Below, piece by piece: positions 52,562-64,000 of a DNA stretch of 64,000 nucleotides. Source of the DNA: Eledone cirrhosa (taxonomy: Eukaryota); NCBI GenBank assembly GCA_964016885.1, contig OZ024742.1, forward strand, positions 77,934,001 through 77,998,000, given 5' to 3'. Both the position numbers and the translations under genes were made by a program. Positions within the stretch are counted from its first letter, which is position 1, and each line of letters starts with the position of its first letter. The notes under the pieces were generated by a model. That model was not told where the DNA came from. It saw only the letters and a program-made list of their open reading frames with translations, and searched no databases.

Positions 52562-55155
52562 GCATTTATCTTGCTTTATGTTCATACGAGTTATCACCAA
52601 GTCACAACCAGTGACCTCAAGAGACAACAAGCTCCGCCATGTTCAAGAAAGAACATACATATTCACACATGCATCTTTAGTGTTTAGACTTGTGATGTAC
52701 TTATATTGACAGAATCTTCCTTAGTATATGGGCAGTTCCCATTAGTACTATCTTTTGTATTTCTCCTATACGCGGGTTTCCTGGGATTTGCGATAAGTAA
52801 TCATTAGACCCCTTAGGTATCATTCCCAGAGCGCCTACAACCACTGGTATTGTTTTAGTTTCCAATTTCTATCTCCAGGTCCTTATACTTGCTCAATTTT
52901 TCAAATGTTTTTATAGATACATTCTTGTCTATTGGAACAGACATATCAATTAGCAGGCATACCCTCTTTTGAAAGTCCTTCAATATTATATCAGGTCTAT
53001 TTGCATCTATTTGTCGGTCTGTTTGGATGCTAAAGTTCCACAAGATTGAGATGTGTTCTTGTTCAAATTTGGGAGGTGGTTGATGCTCCCACCAATTCTT
53101 TTGATGGGGCAGGTCAAAATGCTTACACATTATCCAATGTATGTATGGTGCAGCTCTGTCATGCCTGTTTAGGTATTCGGTTGGAGCTATAGGACTGCAC
53201 ATTGAAATTACATGGTCAATGGTCTCTGGTTGTTTTTTGCATACACGGCATAATGGGCTGTACCCATTTTTTATTATGTTGGCTTGGTAATTTTTTGTTG
53301 GCAGACACTGATCTTGTGCTGATATAATCAGTCATTCAGTCTCCGATTTCAGTCCAGAGGATGCCAACCACTGATGGGTTAAAGTTTTGTCAACATCAGG
53401 ATTGTTAGCTCGCTCTGGGTATTTTCCATACAGAGGCTTTTCTTGCCATTTCTTAGCCAGTTTCTGTAGCAGTTCTTTCTTTTCAGTTACTTTTACCTGC
53501 TTTGCTTTTTCTGTGTTTTCCATTTCAGCATTAAATTGGACTTCTGAAATTTGTAGTCCATTACTGTATCTTTGTGCATCTTTTGTAATGGAATATGATC
53601 TTTTGATGCTTTCGTGTTTCAAAACGAGTTTGATCATCCAATCATGTGATTCCCTTAGATATGTAGATAATCCAATTGTTGCAGTTTTCAACGCAATGTC
53701 TAACTGGATTAACCCACGTCCTCCTTCTTTCCTAGGGAGATATATTCTATCTATATCTGCCTTAGGGTGATGCATTCTGTGCATGGTTAAGAATTTTCGA
53801 ATTTTTGTATCGAGCCTACGGATCTCTGTGCTTGACCAGTTGATGACATTGTAACTGTAGGTTACTACTGGTATGGCAAGCGTGTTTATGGCATCAATCC
53901 TATTCCTTGCATTCAATTCCGTTCTTAAGATTGCTCTTACTCTGCGGTAACATTCCTTCCTTATCCTTTCCCTCATTGCCGAGTGCTTGATTCCGTCTCC
54001 TTCACAAACACCTAGATATTTGTAAGTTTTTTCTTGATCAAGTTATCTTATCACGTTCCCCCGATCAAGATTAATGTCTGAACTCTTCAGCAGCTTTCCT
54101 CTGGTGAACGTTGCTTTGGCGCATTTATCTGGTCCAAACTCCATTTTAATGTCATCACTGAACTGCTCCACAGTGGATAATAGCCCTTGCAATTGTTCAT
54201 CATTTTTTGGAAATAGTTTCAGGTCATCCATGTAGAACAGGTGATTAATGGTTTTGTCATAGACTTTATATCCATGTTTTGTTTCATTGAGAATTTTACT
54301 TAATGGTATAAGTGCGATGCAGAATAAAAGCGGTGATAAAGAGTCACCCTGAAAAATTCCACAATTAATATTAACTTCTCCAGCTTCCAGTGATTCTGTT
54401 TCAGTATTCAAAAGGAGTGTCGTTTTCCATGTCTTCATACTGAATGACAAAAACCTCCCGACAACGGGGGATATTTTGAAAATCTCTAAACATTTTTCAA
54501 TCCAACTGTGTGGCAAACTATCGAATGCTTTTTTATAATCGATAGATTTTTGTGTCTATTATGACAATCTTCCAGTATCATTTTGTTAACCAGAAGCTGA
54601 TCATTACAGCCATATGAGCCTCGTTTACACCCTTTCTGCTCAATGGGAAATAGGTCATTTGTTATCAGGTGGTCATATGTGTATTCAGTTAGGACTGATG
54701 TTAAAATTTTATACATTGTGTAATTTTATACGGTCTGTAATTTTTAGGATTGTTTGTCTCATCATTCTTCGGAAGCAGGAATGTAATGCCGTTAACTAGC
54801 CATGATGGTATCTTTTCTGGCTCCTTAACTATTTCATTGTAAAGTTGGGCTAACAGCTCATGAGACACTGTGAAGGCATTTATCCAAAAGTTTTGTATTT
54901 TGTCTTTTCCTGGGGATTTCCATTTGCTGGTTTTTCTTAGAGCCAAGCGCAACTGTTCAACTGTTATATTTTCCCATATTTGTTCCTCAAGGTGAGCTGT
55001 ATCTTTCATTTGTCTGTCTGTCCATGGGGCATGTATGTTATGAACTTTTTCTTCGGCCCAGATCTTTTCCAAAGAATGTTTGCACTTCCTCCTTGGGTGG
55101 TATTGATTTAGCAGTTATTGTTGACTTACCAATTTTTATGTAGAAGTTTCTTTAC

Positions 55156-55158
<3 letters not shown>
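52559..55158 (-). mobile_element. 5'-truncated R4/Dong-type element of a second family, disrupted ORF (stop at 52701)
   Basis: KWKSPGKD, GIFQGDSLSPLLF, HLFYMDDLKL, RHDR..IHW, NRPDII..LLIDMSVP..EKLSKYKDL; (TAA)n at both ends. Confidence 0.92.
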
Positions 55159-55186
<28 letters not shown>

Positions 55187-55487
55187 GAATGCTATGGTTG
55201 ACGGAGGCTCGGCTCTGTAAGGTATTGTAAATTTTGAACACTATAACAATTGTAAATTGTTTAAAACTTTAACGAACTTGTAGACAAAAACACCCTCCTC
55301 CTCGTGAGAGGGGTCTTTCTGGCCGTTATTTGGCCCTTCGGGGTTAAATAACTGCTTATTGGGGTTTTGTGCCCAATATTTATTTTAAACAAAAAAAAAA
55401 CAACATGACTACGAAAAAGAAATTTCATAGGTCACCCCACTCATTCCGTCTTCTTCTTCCTCAAACATCACTACAGCAGAGAGAAGA

Positions 55488-57507
55488 TTGTCTCTCTCCC
55501 TCCCTTCTTTAAATGTGTCTCTCTCCCTCCCTTCTCTTTCGCAAGCGACGAAAGAAAAGAAAAGTCTCGTGCAAAGCGTGCAAGGTTTCTCCACGACGAC
55601 GACGACAGCGACGAAACAGGTGTGCGGGAAATACGAAAACCCAGTTCATTCGTCTGACGTCAGGAATAATAGCAGTAGCAGCCGTAATAACAACAGCAAC
55701 AGTGACAATGAAAACAATAGTAGCAGCCGCAACAGCATCACCAGCAGCATAAACAACAACAGCATTAGCAGCAGCAACACCAACAACAACCACAGCAACA
55801 TCGGCGGAGGCAGTAGTCGTAGTACCTGCAGCAACATCAAAAGTAACAGCAGCTCTGACGACAACAACAACAACAGCAGTAAAGAAAAACCAATCTCATT
55901 TGCAGGTATTGCGAAAAACTTGGAAACAATCCTCATAACAAATGAGGAATTAGAGGAAGCGAAGAAGATGGTGACAAAGAATGGACACCGAGCAATCTGC
56001 AAGGCAGCGGAAAAATGTTTCGAAACCCAACAGCACTGTACGGTCACGTACCGTACAGTAAGTACAAAATCCCGTAGGGTGGAAAGAGCCACAGAGGCGC
56101 AAATACAAAAAGCCTTGGGGTCTGTGTGGCAGCGGAAAACGCATATCACCCGAGGCAAAAAATATGCCACCGTAGACGTACTTTTTTCCACACCCCAGAA
56201 GGCAAAGGCCCAATCCGTAGTGACCCTAAGGAGTGAGGAAATGGTGTTGGTGCCCTCCTACTGCGGGCAAAAAATTGTGAGGGTTAAACTGACCCACGTC
56301 CCCCCCCCGGAATGGCCCCTTCTTGGCTGGCCGCGTCTGTCCTCGTCGGAATCGAGGACAAAACAACTGTACTGCAAGTACAGAAAAAAGTAAGAGAAGA
56401 TTGGGTCGGCACCTCCATTGAGATGCTAATCCAAACCAACCAGGAGTGCATCGAAGCTATCCCGGATGTGATAGACTTCGATAACGGCACTCAACTGCCC
56501 ATAAGTGTTGAGGGAAAACGCCCGAAATGCTTTCGCTGTGGATCGAAGACTCACCTCAGGGCCTTCTGCAACGAGAAGACCCTGAGAAAGGAGAAAACCC
56601 CCTCCTTCCGAAACCGGCTCCACGGCTACCAGCAACAGGACAAGCGGCAACCAGGAACGATAGGTCCGTGGCACCCATACCCACGCCACGGAAATCAAAA
56701 ACAGCAGCAGCAGTGGAAATATTAACAACAACAACAGCAATACCAAATGCAGCTGCAACAGAGACTCCAGTGCAAACATCACCAACAACAACAAGTGAAA
56801 GAGTGGAGCTGGTACCCCTCCCCGACCTCACAGAATCAGACATGGAGTGTGAGGTGGGAGAGGGATGGCAAAAGGTCGTAAGAAGGCACAAACGCAGAAG
56901 CAGCGCATCGTCGCCTTTGAAAATGGAGGAAAGAAATGAGAAAAGGGTAAAGTCTACTGCAAAGAGAACCGCAGCAGCAACACCACCAACACCATCACCA
57001 CCCACACTAGCACCACCATCACCACCGGCGACAACCCCACCGCCAACAACACCTTCAACACCACCACCACAAGCACCAACATCGCAAACAGAACAACAAA
57101 ACACACACACCCAGCAACAACGACAAGAAAATAGCAGAACAACACCCCACCCCCAGAAAAACAAATGCACGGCAATAAATACACACAACAAGAAACTAAT
57201 GACTTACATAATTGAACACACAGACATTTCACAACACGACTACATAATACCAGCACCAATCAAAACGCCAACTAACATAATACTGCTAAAAATAGCACAG
57301 AAACAATACACAAACATTAAAACGAAATTCCCCAACGCAGTTGGTGATTTTAGGGAGCTAGGAGGAACTATCAATCGAAGAGTATATCCAGACATTCTCT
57401 TAGAAGAGCCGACGACCAGCCGAAGAGACGATTCAACGGTCCCTTCACCAGACGATCAAGTGAAAAGGGATGGAAAAACCATCCCTCCTCTACGAAAAGT
57501 ACGGTAA
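55488..57507 (+). pseudogene. ORF1 (gag-like, CCHC zinc knuckle), two or more frameshifts
   Basis: ORF pieces 55488-56393, 56312-56725 and 56527-57507; SFAGI motif, CFRCGSKTHLRAFC, WQKVVRR. Confidence 0.85.
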
Positions 57508-57542
57508 GTCGTCTTTCCCATCTTTTCCACTCTATTTTAAAC

Positions 57543-60500
57543 ATGACCTCACTCAGAATAGGCAGCATAAATGCGCGTGGCCTGGGGTCGTCATGGAAGC
57601 CGAGTCACCTGCTCAACGACCTCAGGTCACTAAACATAGATATAGTTGCCATCAGCGAGACCAGAATCTCCGAAGCACGGGCCTTCGCACCGATCTTTGG
57701 CGGCTACGATATGTACGCATCTCCCAGCCGTCCTGGATCGGGTGGAGGAGTTGCAGTGCTTTTTCGGAGAGGTTTGGATCTCGCCATACGGGCCATCTTC
57801 CTGGACCCAGAGGGTAAGCTGGTGGTGCTGGACGTGACCAGCGGAGACGGGCAAGCTTTCAGGCTAGTGGCCGTCTATGCCCTGACAGGAGCAGGGCGGC
57901 CTGATTTCTTCCGGCGTCTGGAGACCTTTCTTGGAACGTCCCGCTCTTTAGTGTTAGTGGGCGACTGGAACAGGATCTTAGATGCACGGTGGGATTGTGT
58001 AGGATTAGTGGATAGGGGAGGGGGTGCAAGAGTCTCACCAACCTGCTCAGGCGATTTGAACTGTCTGACAGGTACCGATTGGATTTCCAGAAGGTGCCAA
58101 TATGGACTTGGACAAATCGCATAGGGTCATCCAGATCATGTATAGATAGAGTATTTTGTAGGGAAATAGATAGGTCTAGCATAGGCTGTCCACAATTCAA
58201 GTTAGTCAGCTACACGGACCACAAATTCGTGATCTGTGTGCTTGACTTAGATAGGCTTCATCGACAAGGACCCGGCTACTGGAAGCTAAACGCGTCCTTA
58301 CCAGCGCGCAAGGCCTACACAGACCGGATTAGCGAACTAGTTAAGCGGGCGTTAACGGGGGCCATCGTCAACAACAAGTGGTGGTTTGTTCTGAAAAGAG
58401 CAATTAGAATAGAGTCCATTAGGTTTAGTAAGGCTTTAGCAATAGAGAAAAAATAGAGCAGAGGGAGAATTAGTTAGAAAATTAGACGAGGCGCTTAGCA
58501 AAGGCATCGCGACCGACGTACTTGCGGCGAAATTGGCCCTTGACCACTTCTTCAATGCAAAGCACGATGGATGCGTTGTCAGAGTTAGGGTGCCTGCTCT
58601 CAGACACGAGGGGAGGAAAGCCGGTCAATGGGCCCGAGTGGCGGAGGGGCGTCGTGGCAACAAAGCCACGATCCGGTCTTTGGTGGACCACGACGTGCGA
58701 ATGCTACTCGATCCCGGGCAAATGTGTGAAGCTTTTCAGCGACACTTCACCCAGCTGTTCGGGGGCAGCGGCGGGCCGGATCGAGGGATGGACTTTAGTG
58801 TCTACCTCGAAGGACTGCCGCGGCTCTCTTCCACTGAGGCGGAGTGTTGCGAAAAGCCGATAACAGCCGCTGAAGTACGGGAGGCAATGACTGGCTGCAC
58901 AAAGAGGTAAATCGCCTGGTTTGGATGGTCTGCCCTATGAACTTTACGTACAGATGCCAGACTTGTTCGAAGGCCTCTTGGCGGACGTCTACTGCAACTG
59001 GCAACAGAACGGGAGAAATCCCAGCTCTGTGAGCCGAGGAGCTGTGGCGCTGCTGAGAAAGGATCCCAACAAGGGGGATAACAGATAATTTCCGGCCCAT
59101 AACTCTGCTAAACACAGAGTTCAAGAATTTGGCCAAGGTGCTAGCAAAGAGGTTGGCGCTTGTCGTTGGTGGTCTGGTGGGAGAGGCGCAGACGTGCGCC
59201 ATTCCCGACAGATCAATCCACGACAAGCTCCACCTCATGCGATACATCGTAGAGAGAGTAGCTAGGGAACCTGGCACGGGTGGGTCCTTGATCAATTTAG
59301 ATCAGTCGAAAGCTTTTGATAGGGTCGACCATCGTTACCTAGCGGCAGTCCTGAGGGCGGCTGGCTTTGAGCCCGTCTTCAGAGGCTGGATCGCTGCCAT
59401 GCACAGCGACATCTGCTCTGTGGTGAGAGTGAACGGTCACCTTTCGGAACCGTTCAACATCATGCGCTCGGTCCGCCAAGGATGTCCCCTCTCGTCCCTC
59501 TTGTACGTATTGACTCTCGAGCCATTACTGCACAAACTGGAGACGTTGAGGGGCGTCCCGCGCGAACTAGTATGCGGAAGATCCGTGTCAGCATATGCGG
59601 ACGATGTCACCGTAGTGGTGTCGAACGCCAAACACATCGAGGCGATCGGCACTACACTAAGAGAATACGAAGCGGTGACAGGAGCAATGATCAACCAGGA
59701 AAGTTCAGTGGGGCTGCAGCTCGGCACCTGGAGAGGTAGGTCCATGCCGTCCAACAGCGTCGTCGGGTGCTGGACGGACGGACCGGTTAAATTGCTAGGG
59801 GTCTGGTTCGGTCCGGACCTCCAGACGGACAAAAACTGGGACGAGGTGACGAGCAGGGTCCCTTCTCTCACCCAGAAATGGGCGGAGAGGTGGCTAACGC
59901 GTACATCGCGTCCGCCATCTACTACCGCCTGACCGCCGTACCTTGTCCTAAGCCCCGCCTGACTACGCTGGAGCGTTTGTCGCTTTTTATGGCAGGGACG
60001 CGCTCCGATGGTCAGGCGGTCCATCTGCTGTCAACACCAGCTACGTGGAGGGCTGGGCATGCCGTGGCTGATGATGCAGAGACGCGCTCAGGCTACGACA
60101 TTTCCACCTCTTCCTCGACGGTGATCAGGTATGGTCGCCGTTGGCTAGACGCGTCTTTCCGCAGCTCGTCTACTTCACGGAGCTGCAGTCCTGGGTCAAG
60201 TGAAGACCGAGAGGGAGCGCTTGGAGACTGGAATGTCTTCAGGCGCTCACAGCCCTCGACCAATCGGGCAATGTGATCGGTGGAAACTCCACCTTGGCGT
60301 TCTATAGAGGATTAGTGGAGTGGAAGAGCGACGACGTACTTGGAGTAACTCTAGCCGTCTACAAAAATCAACTAGCCGATCTCTTCGGAAGGACTTTCGG
60401 GCCGGGGCCTATGGACAACTTCCAGAAATCCCTGGCCTGGCAGTGCTACCGAGGAGCTTTGCCACTTCGGGATAAACTCTACAGGCATGGAGGTGCCGTC

Positions 60501-60926
60501 AGCCGCGCATGTCCGAGATGCGCGCAGGGTGACGAAACCGTCCTGCACGCACTCGTCCAGTGTCCGAGCCTTGCCTACTTGTGGGTTTATGTCGAACACC
60601 TGCTGCCACCTGTAGGACGGATCCAGCTATCAGCTGAGTCCATCGTGATGATTGCCGCGCCCTCTTCCTTTAGCCGGGAAGGGCAGGCAGTTTTTATCTG
60701 TCTGGTGGCCATGGCGAAAGAAATAGTATCGTGGACACGTTTGAAAGGGTTGAAGACGAGCACTTACCTCTTCGGTGATGCCCTGATTAACTTTTTCAAA
60801 GTTCATTTGAAAAGGAAAATCAGGGTAGAGAGGGAAGTGCTCTCTTCCTAGCATTTTCTTGAAAGATGGGTGAGAGAAGCAAGTATGGCCCGAGTGAATG
60901 GGCCTACTCTGAGTATGTGTCTTTAA
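57543..60926 (+). pseudogene. ORF2 (AP endonuclease, RT, C-terminal Cys/His region), frameshifted
   Basis: SINARGL, DIVAISETR, GDWN, IDR, TDH, GPGYWKLN; LDQSKAFDRVDH, VRQGCPLS, YADD; CPRC..ETVLHALVQC. Confidence 0.93.
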
Positions 60927-61186
60927 ATTAAAGGTGGAAAACTGGGAGAGGGCACTTGCCCTGGTGGTCAGGGTCACTGTGGCCTTTTAATGGGCTTTCT
61001 CCACAAATGTCCTTCGGAAGTCTCCCCCTTATTAGGGAATTTTTCTTTGTTATTTTTATTATATCCTCTGTTTTTTTTACACGCAGAAATGCCCATTTGT
61101 ACCGTTCTGTATTGTCCTGTACTGTCCTTAATGTCTACTTTATGTAAACCCTTGTCGTTAATAAAGAAAGCATTATTATTATTATT

Positions 61187-64000
61187 GCTCTTTGAGTCTC
61201 AGTCATTGATGTTAGTTAACTGGAAAGTTTGTTGAAATGAATATCAAGCCACTACCTGCAGCCTCAGATATTCAGGACGTATCGGAGGGTTCTTGCTGAT
61301 CCCAGCAAGCATGCCTTTTGAAGCGTTCCAAAAAGCATGAAGGGGCCAATTTTCTTTAACCATCCCTGGAAACTTTTTGAGATAGTACCTAGTGCGCCTA
61401 TGACAATCGGGACCACTTTGACTTCATGGCATTCCAAATCCTTTTTACCTCCCACTTAAAGTCCTGGTATCGGTTAATTTTTCTCCCTCTCCTTCTCTTG
61501 CACTCTTGTGTCGAATGGGCAGGCCACATCCACAATCAGGCACGATCTTTTTTCTTTGTCCAAAACCACCAGGTCAGGTCTATTGTGTTCCAGTTTCTTG
61601 TCCGTCTGTATCCTAAAATCCCACAGGACCCTCACCTGATCGTTTTCTATCACCGACTCTGGCTTATGCTCATACCACTTCTCAGAATGTGGAAAATTGT
61701 TTACTTTGCACAGGTTCCAGTAGATCACCCTGTCCATCACATCATGTCTCCAGCGCTTATAGTGAGTCTGGGCTAGGTGTTTACACTCGGATACAATGTG
61801 AGCCACATCTCCTCTCTCACTCCACAGATCCTGCACAGTGGGCTTGCTTCCTCCTTGTAAATATGGTGTTTCAGCCACTTCGTTTTGAGGGCCTGCTCTT
61901 GTGCTGCCATTAGCATTCCTTCTGTAGCCTTTTTAAGGTCTCCCCTTTTCAACCAGTCCCATATCTGTGGATCTCTGAATTCCGTTTTATTAAAGAAGGT
62001 ACTATGAAGGGATTTTTCATGAAGGCTGGTCTTTCTCCTCGTTGTTATTTCCTCCTTGGACATCCCCTGGTCTATTGTCCTCTCCTTCAGTGCAATTCTT
62101 AGCATTGGCTCCTTATTATCAGTCACGTATTTGTGTAGGTTGTTTTTCTCCATCTGAACACAGTCCTCTATGCTGATAAGACCTCTTCCACCTTCAGAGC
62201 TCCTTAAGTAGAGTCTATCGACATCACTCCTCTTGTGGAACATGTTGTAGATAGTCAATAGCTTCCTAGTCTTCTTATTGATTTCTTTTTGTTCAGCAAC
62301 ATTTCATCTCCGAATTCCCGCACTGTACCTAATAATAGACACAGCTCGGGAATTTACTGCACTTATAGCATTCCTACTGTTCAGATGTGACTTTAATACT
62401 CTCCTAACTCTCCGAATGTATTCAGATCTTATCAATTCCTTCATTTCTTTGTTCTTGATGTCATCAGCCTCCAGAACACCCAAATACTTGTTGTCCTTCT
62501 TCGGTGTCAATTTCCTTGATCATCTCACCTATTGGTACTTGGATTCCGTTGCTTCTGCTCAATTTAACACTCTTCATCACTCGGACTCCACACTTACTTA
62601 TACCAAATTGCATACATATATCATTGCTGAAAATACGGACAGTGTCAACAAGCACATCCAACTCCTTCTCACTCTTCCCGAAGAGCTTAAGATCGTCCAT
62701 GAAGAGGAGGTGATTGATGGTAAACTCTCCCTTTCCCAACGTATATCCTGCTCACACTTTTCGCAATATAACGGTCAGGGATATCAGGGCGAGGACAAAC
62801 AGCAGAGAGGAAAAACTATCTCCCTGGAAGATACCGCTCTTGATCTTCACGCCTCCCAAGGATTCTCCAGCTGATGTTAACTCTGTTTCCCAGGACTTCA
62901 TACTTTTGCCCAACATCTGTCTGATGTTATCTGCCACCTTGAAGATCTCTAGGCCTTTGGTGATCCAAGAATGAGGCACCATGTCAAATGAATTTTTGTA
63001 GTCTATCCATCCCATGGAAAGACCTGTGTGTCTCCTCTTGCAATTCCTCATTACCATCTTATCAATAAGTAACTGGTCCTTTGTACCACGGGACTTCTTT
63101 CGGCATCCTTTCTGTTCGTCCGGTAACAAGTTGTTTGTGTGGAGGTGATGGTAGATTTCCTCAGACATAATGCTTGTCAACAGTTTCCACATTACGGACA
63201 GACATGTGATAGGTCTATAGTTGGTAACATCATTACCCTTGATTCGTCTTTCATTACCAGAACTGTGGTACCTTTTATCAACCACTCTGGTATCTCACCT
63301 GACATCAAGCAGTCATTGAACATGGTTGTCGGTTTCGGGTGGCGGGATGTTATATTTTTAAACCAATACCCCTGCATACCATCTGGGCCTGGTGATTTCC
63401 AGTTGGTTAGTTTTTTGGCCTGCTCCTTAAGAGTTTCAACTGTGATACTTAAGTCAGTTTTTTGGTGTGCCTATTCACTAATCTCCTTCTGTACTGTCTC
63501 AATCCACACTGCCTGGTTATTATGTTTAACATCCTGCTCCCATATTCCTCTCCAGAATGTTTTAGTTTGTTCCGCCTCAGGGATCAAGTCATTGCCTCTT
63601 TCTTTCCCTTCAAGCTGTCCAAACAGCATCTTCTGGTTATTGTCAAACATGCGGTTCTGTCTATACTGACTGACTCTGCTCTCGTATCGCCTAATTGTTG
63701 CACTCTTTGCTACAATGCGTTGCTTCAGTTCCTCTATGATAATATTTAGCTTTTTCCTCCTAGTTTTGTACATTATTTCCAGTCTATTTTTAGTGTCTAT
63801 GTTTTTTAGTGTCCCATTCAGAAGGGACTCAAGCTTTCCAATGTCATTTCTCATTTCCCTGATTTGACCATTCAGTCGTTTCTTCCACCAAGGTTCTGAT
63901 TTTTCTTGTTTGTTGTTTCCTCTCGCTTTTATGCCAAGTAATTTCCTCACCGCATTTGCTGTTGCTTTGAGGATATTGTTGCACTGGTGAAGGCTCCTCG
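61187..64000 (-). mobile_element. Second copy of the 47829-51315 R4/Dong family, runs off the window
   Basis: Colinear with 47829-50641 (offset ~13359); same 3' UTR and (TAA)n tail. Confidence 0.94.

Larger units (their letters stand above)
55188..61171 (+). mobile_element. Near full-length (~6 kb) L1/Tx1-type LINE in an (ATT)n tract
   Basis: 5' UTR, ORF1, ORF2, 3' UTR with aataaa; (tta)n immediately 5' and (att)n immediately 3'. Confidence 0.92.

Noticed and set aside
47978-63749. ORFs antisense to the LINE ORFs (e.g. 49780-50310, 56556-57191, 62278-62874)
   Set aside because: Shadow frames of retrotransposon coding sequence

Overview
AT-rich, repeat-dense animal genomic DNA with no recognisable host gene. 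The SINE family and (TA)n/(TG)n load resemble octopus/cephalopod DNA (inference). Most ORF-track entries are microsatellite read-throughs or antisense shadows of retrotransposon ORFs. Contents: a 5'-truncated CRE-type element, L1/Tx1-type elements (one near full length), three R4/Dong-type elements nested with them at (ATT)n tracts, decayed RTE pieces, tRNA-derived SINEs and Penelope-like (GIY-YIG) remnants. The main unannotated signal is a dense set of type I hammerhead ribozymes (HHRs). A 310-bp tandem array (12 units plus a partial one, then ~2.25 inverted units) has one HHR per full unit, a retrozyme-like layout. At least five further unrelated HHR sequences with intact CUGANGA/GAAA/NUH cores, and several decayed ones, sit in short non-coding, (TA)n-flanked partial-tandem or fold-back elements. 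Several fold-back centres coincide with ribozyme helices. All structures were folded by eye, and none has been tested for activity.
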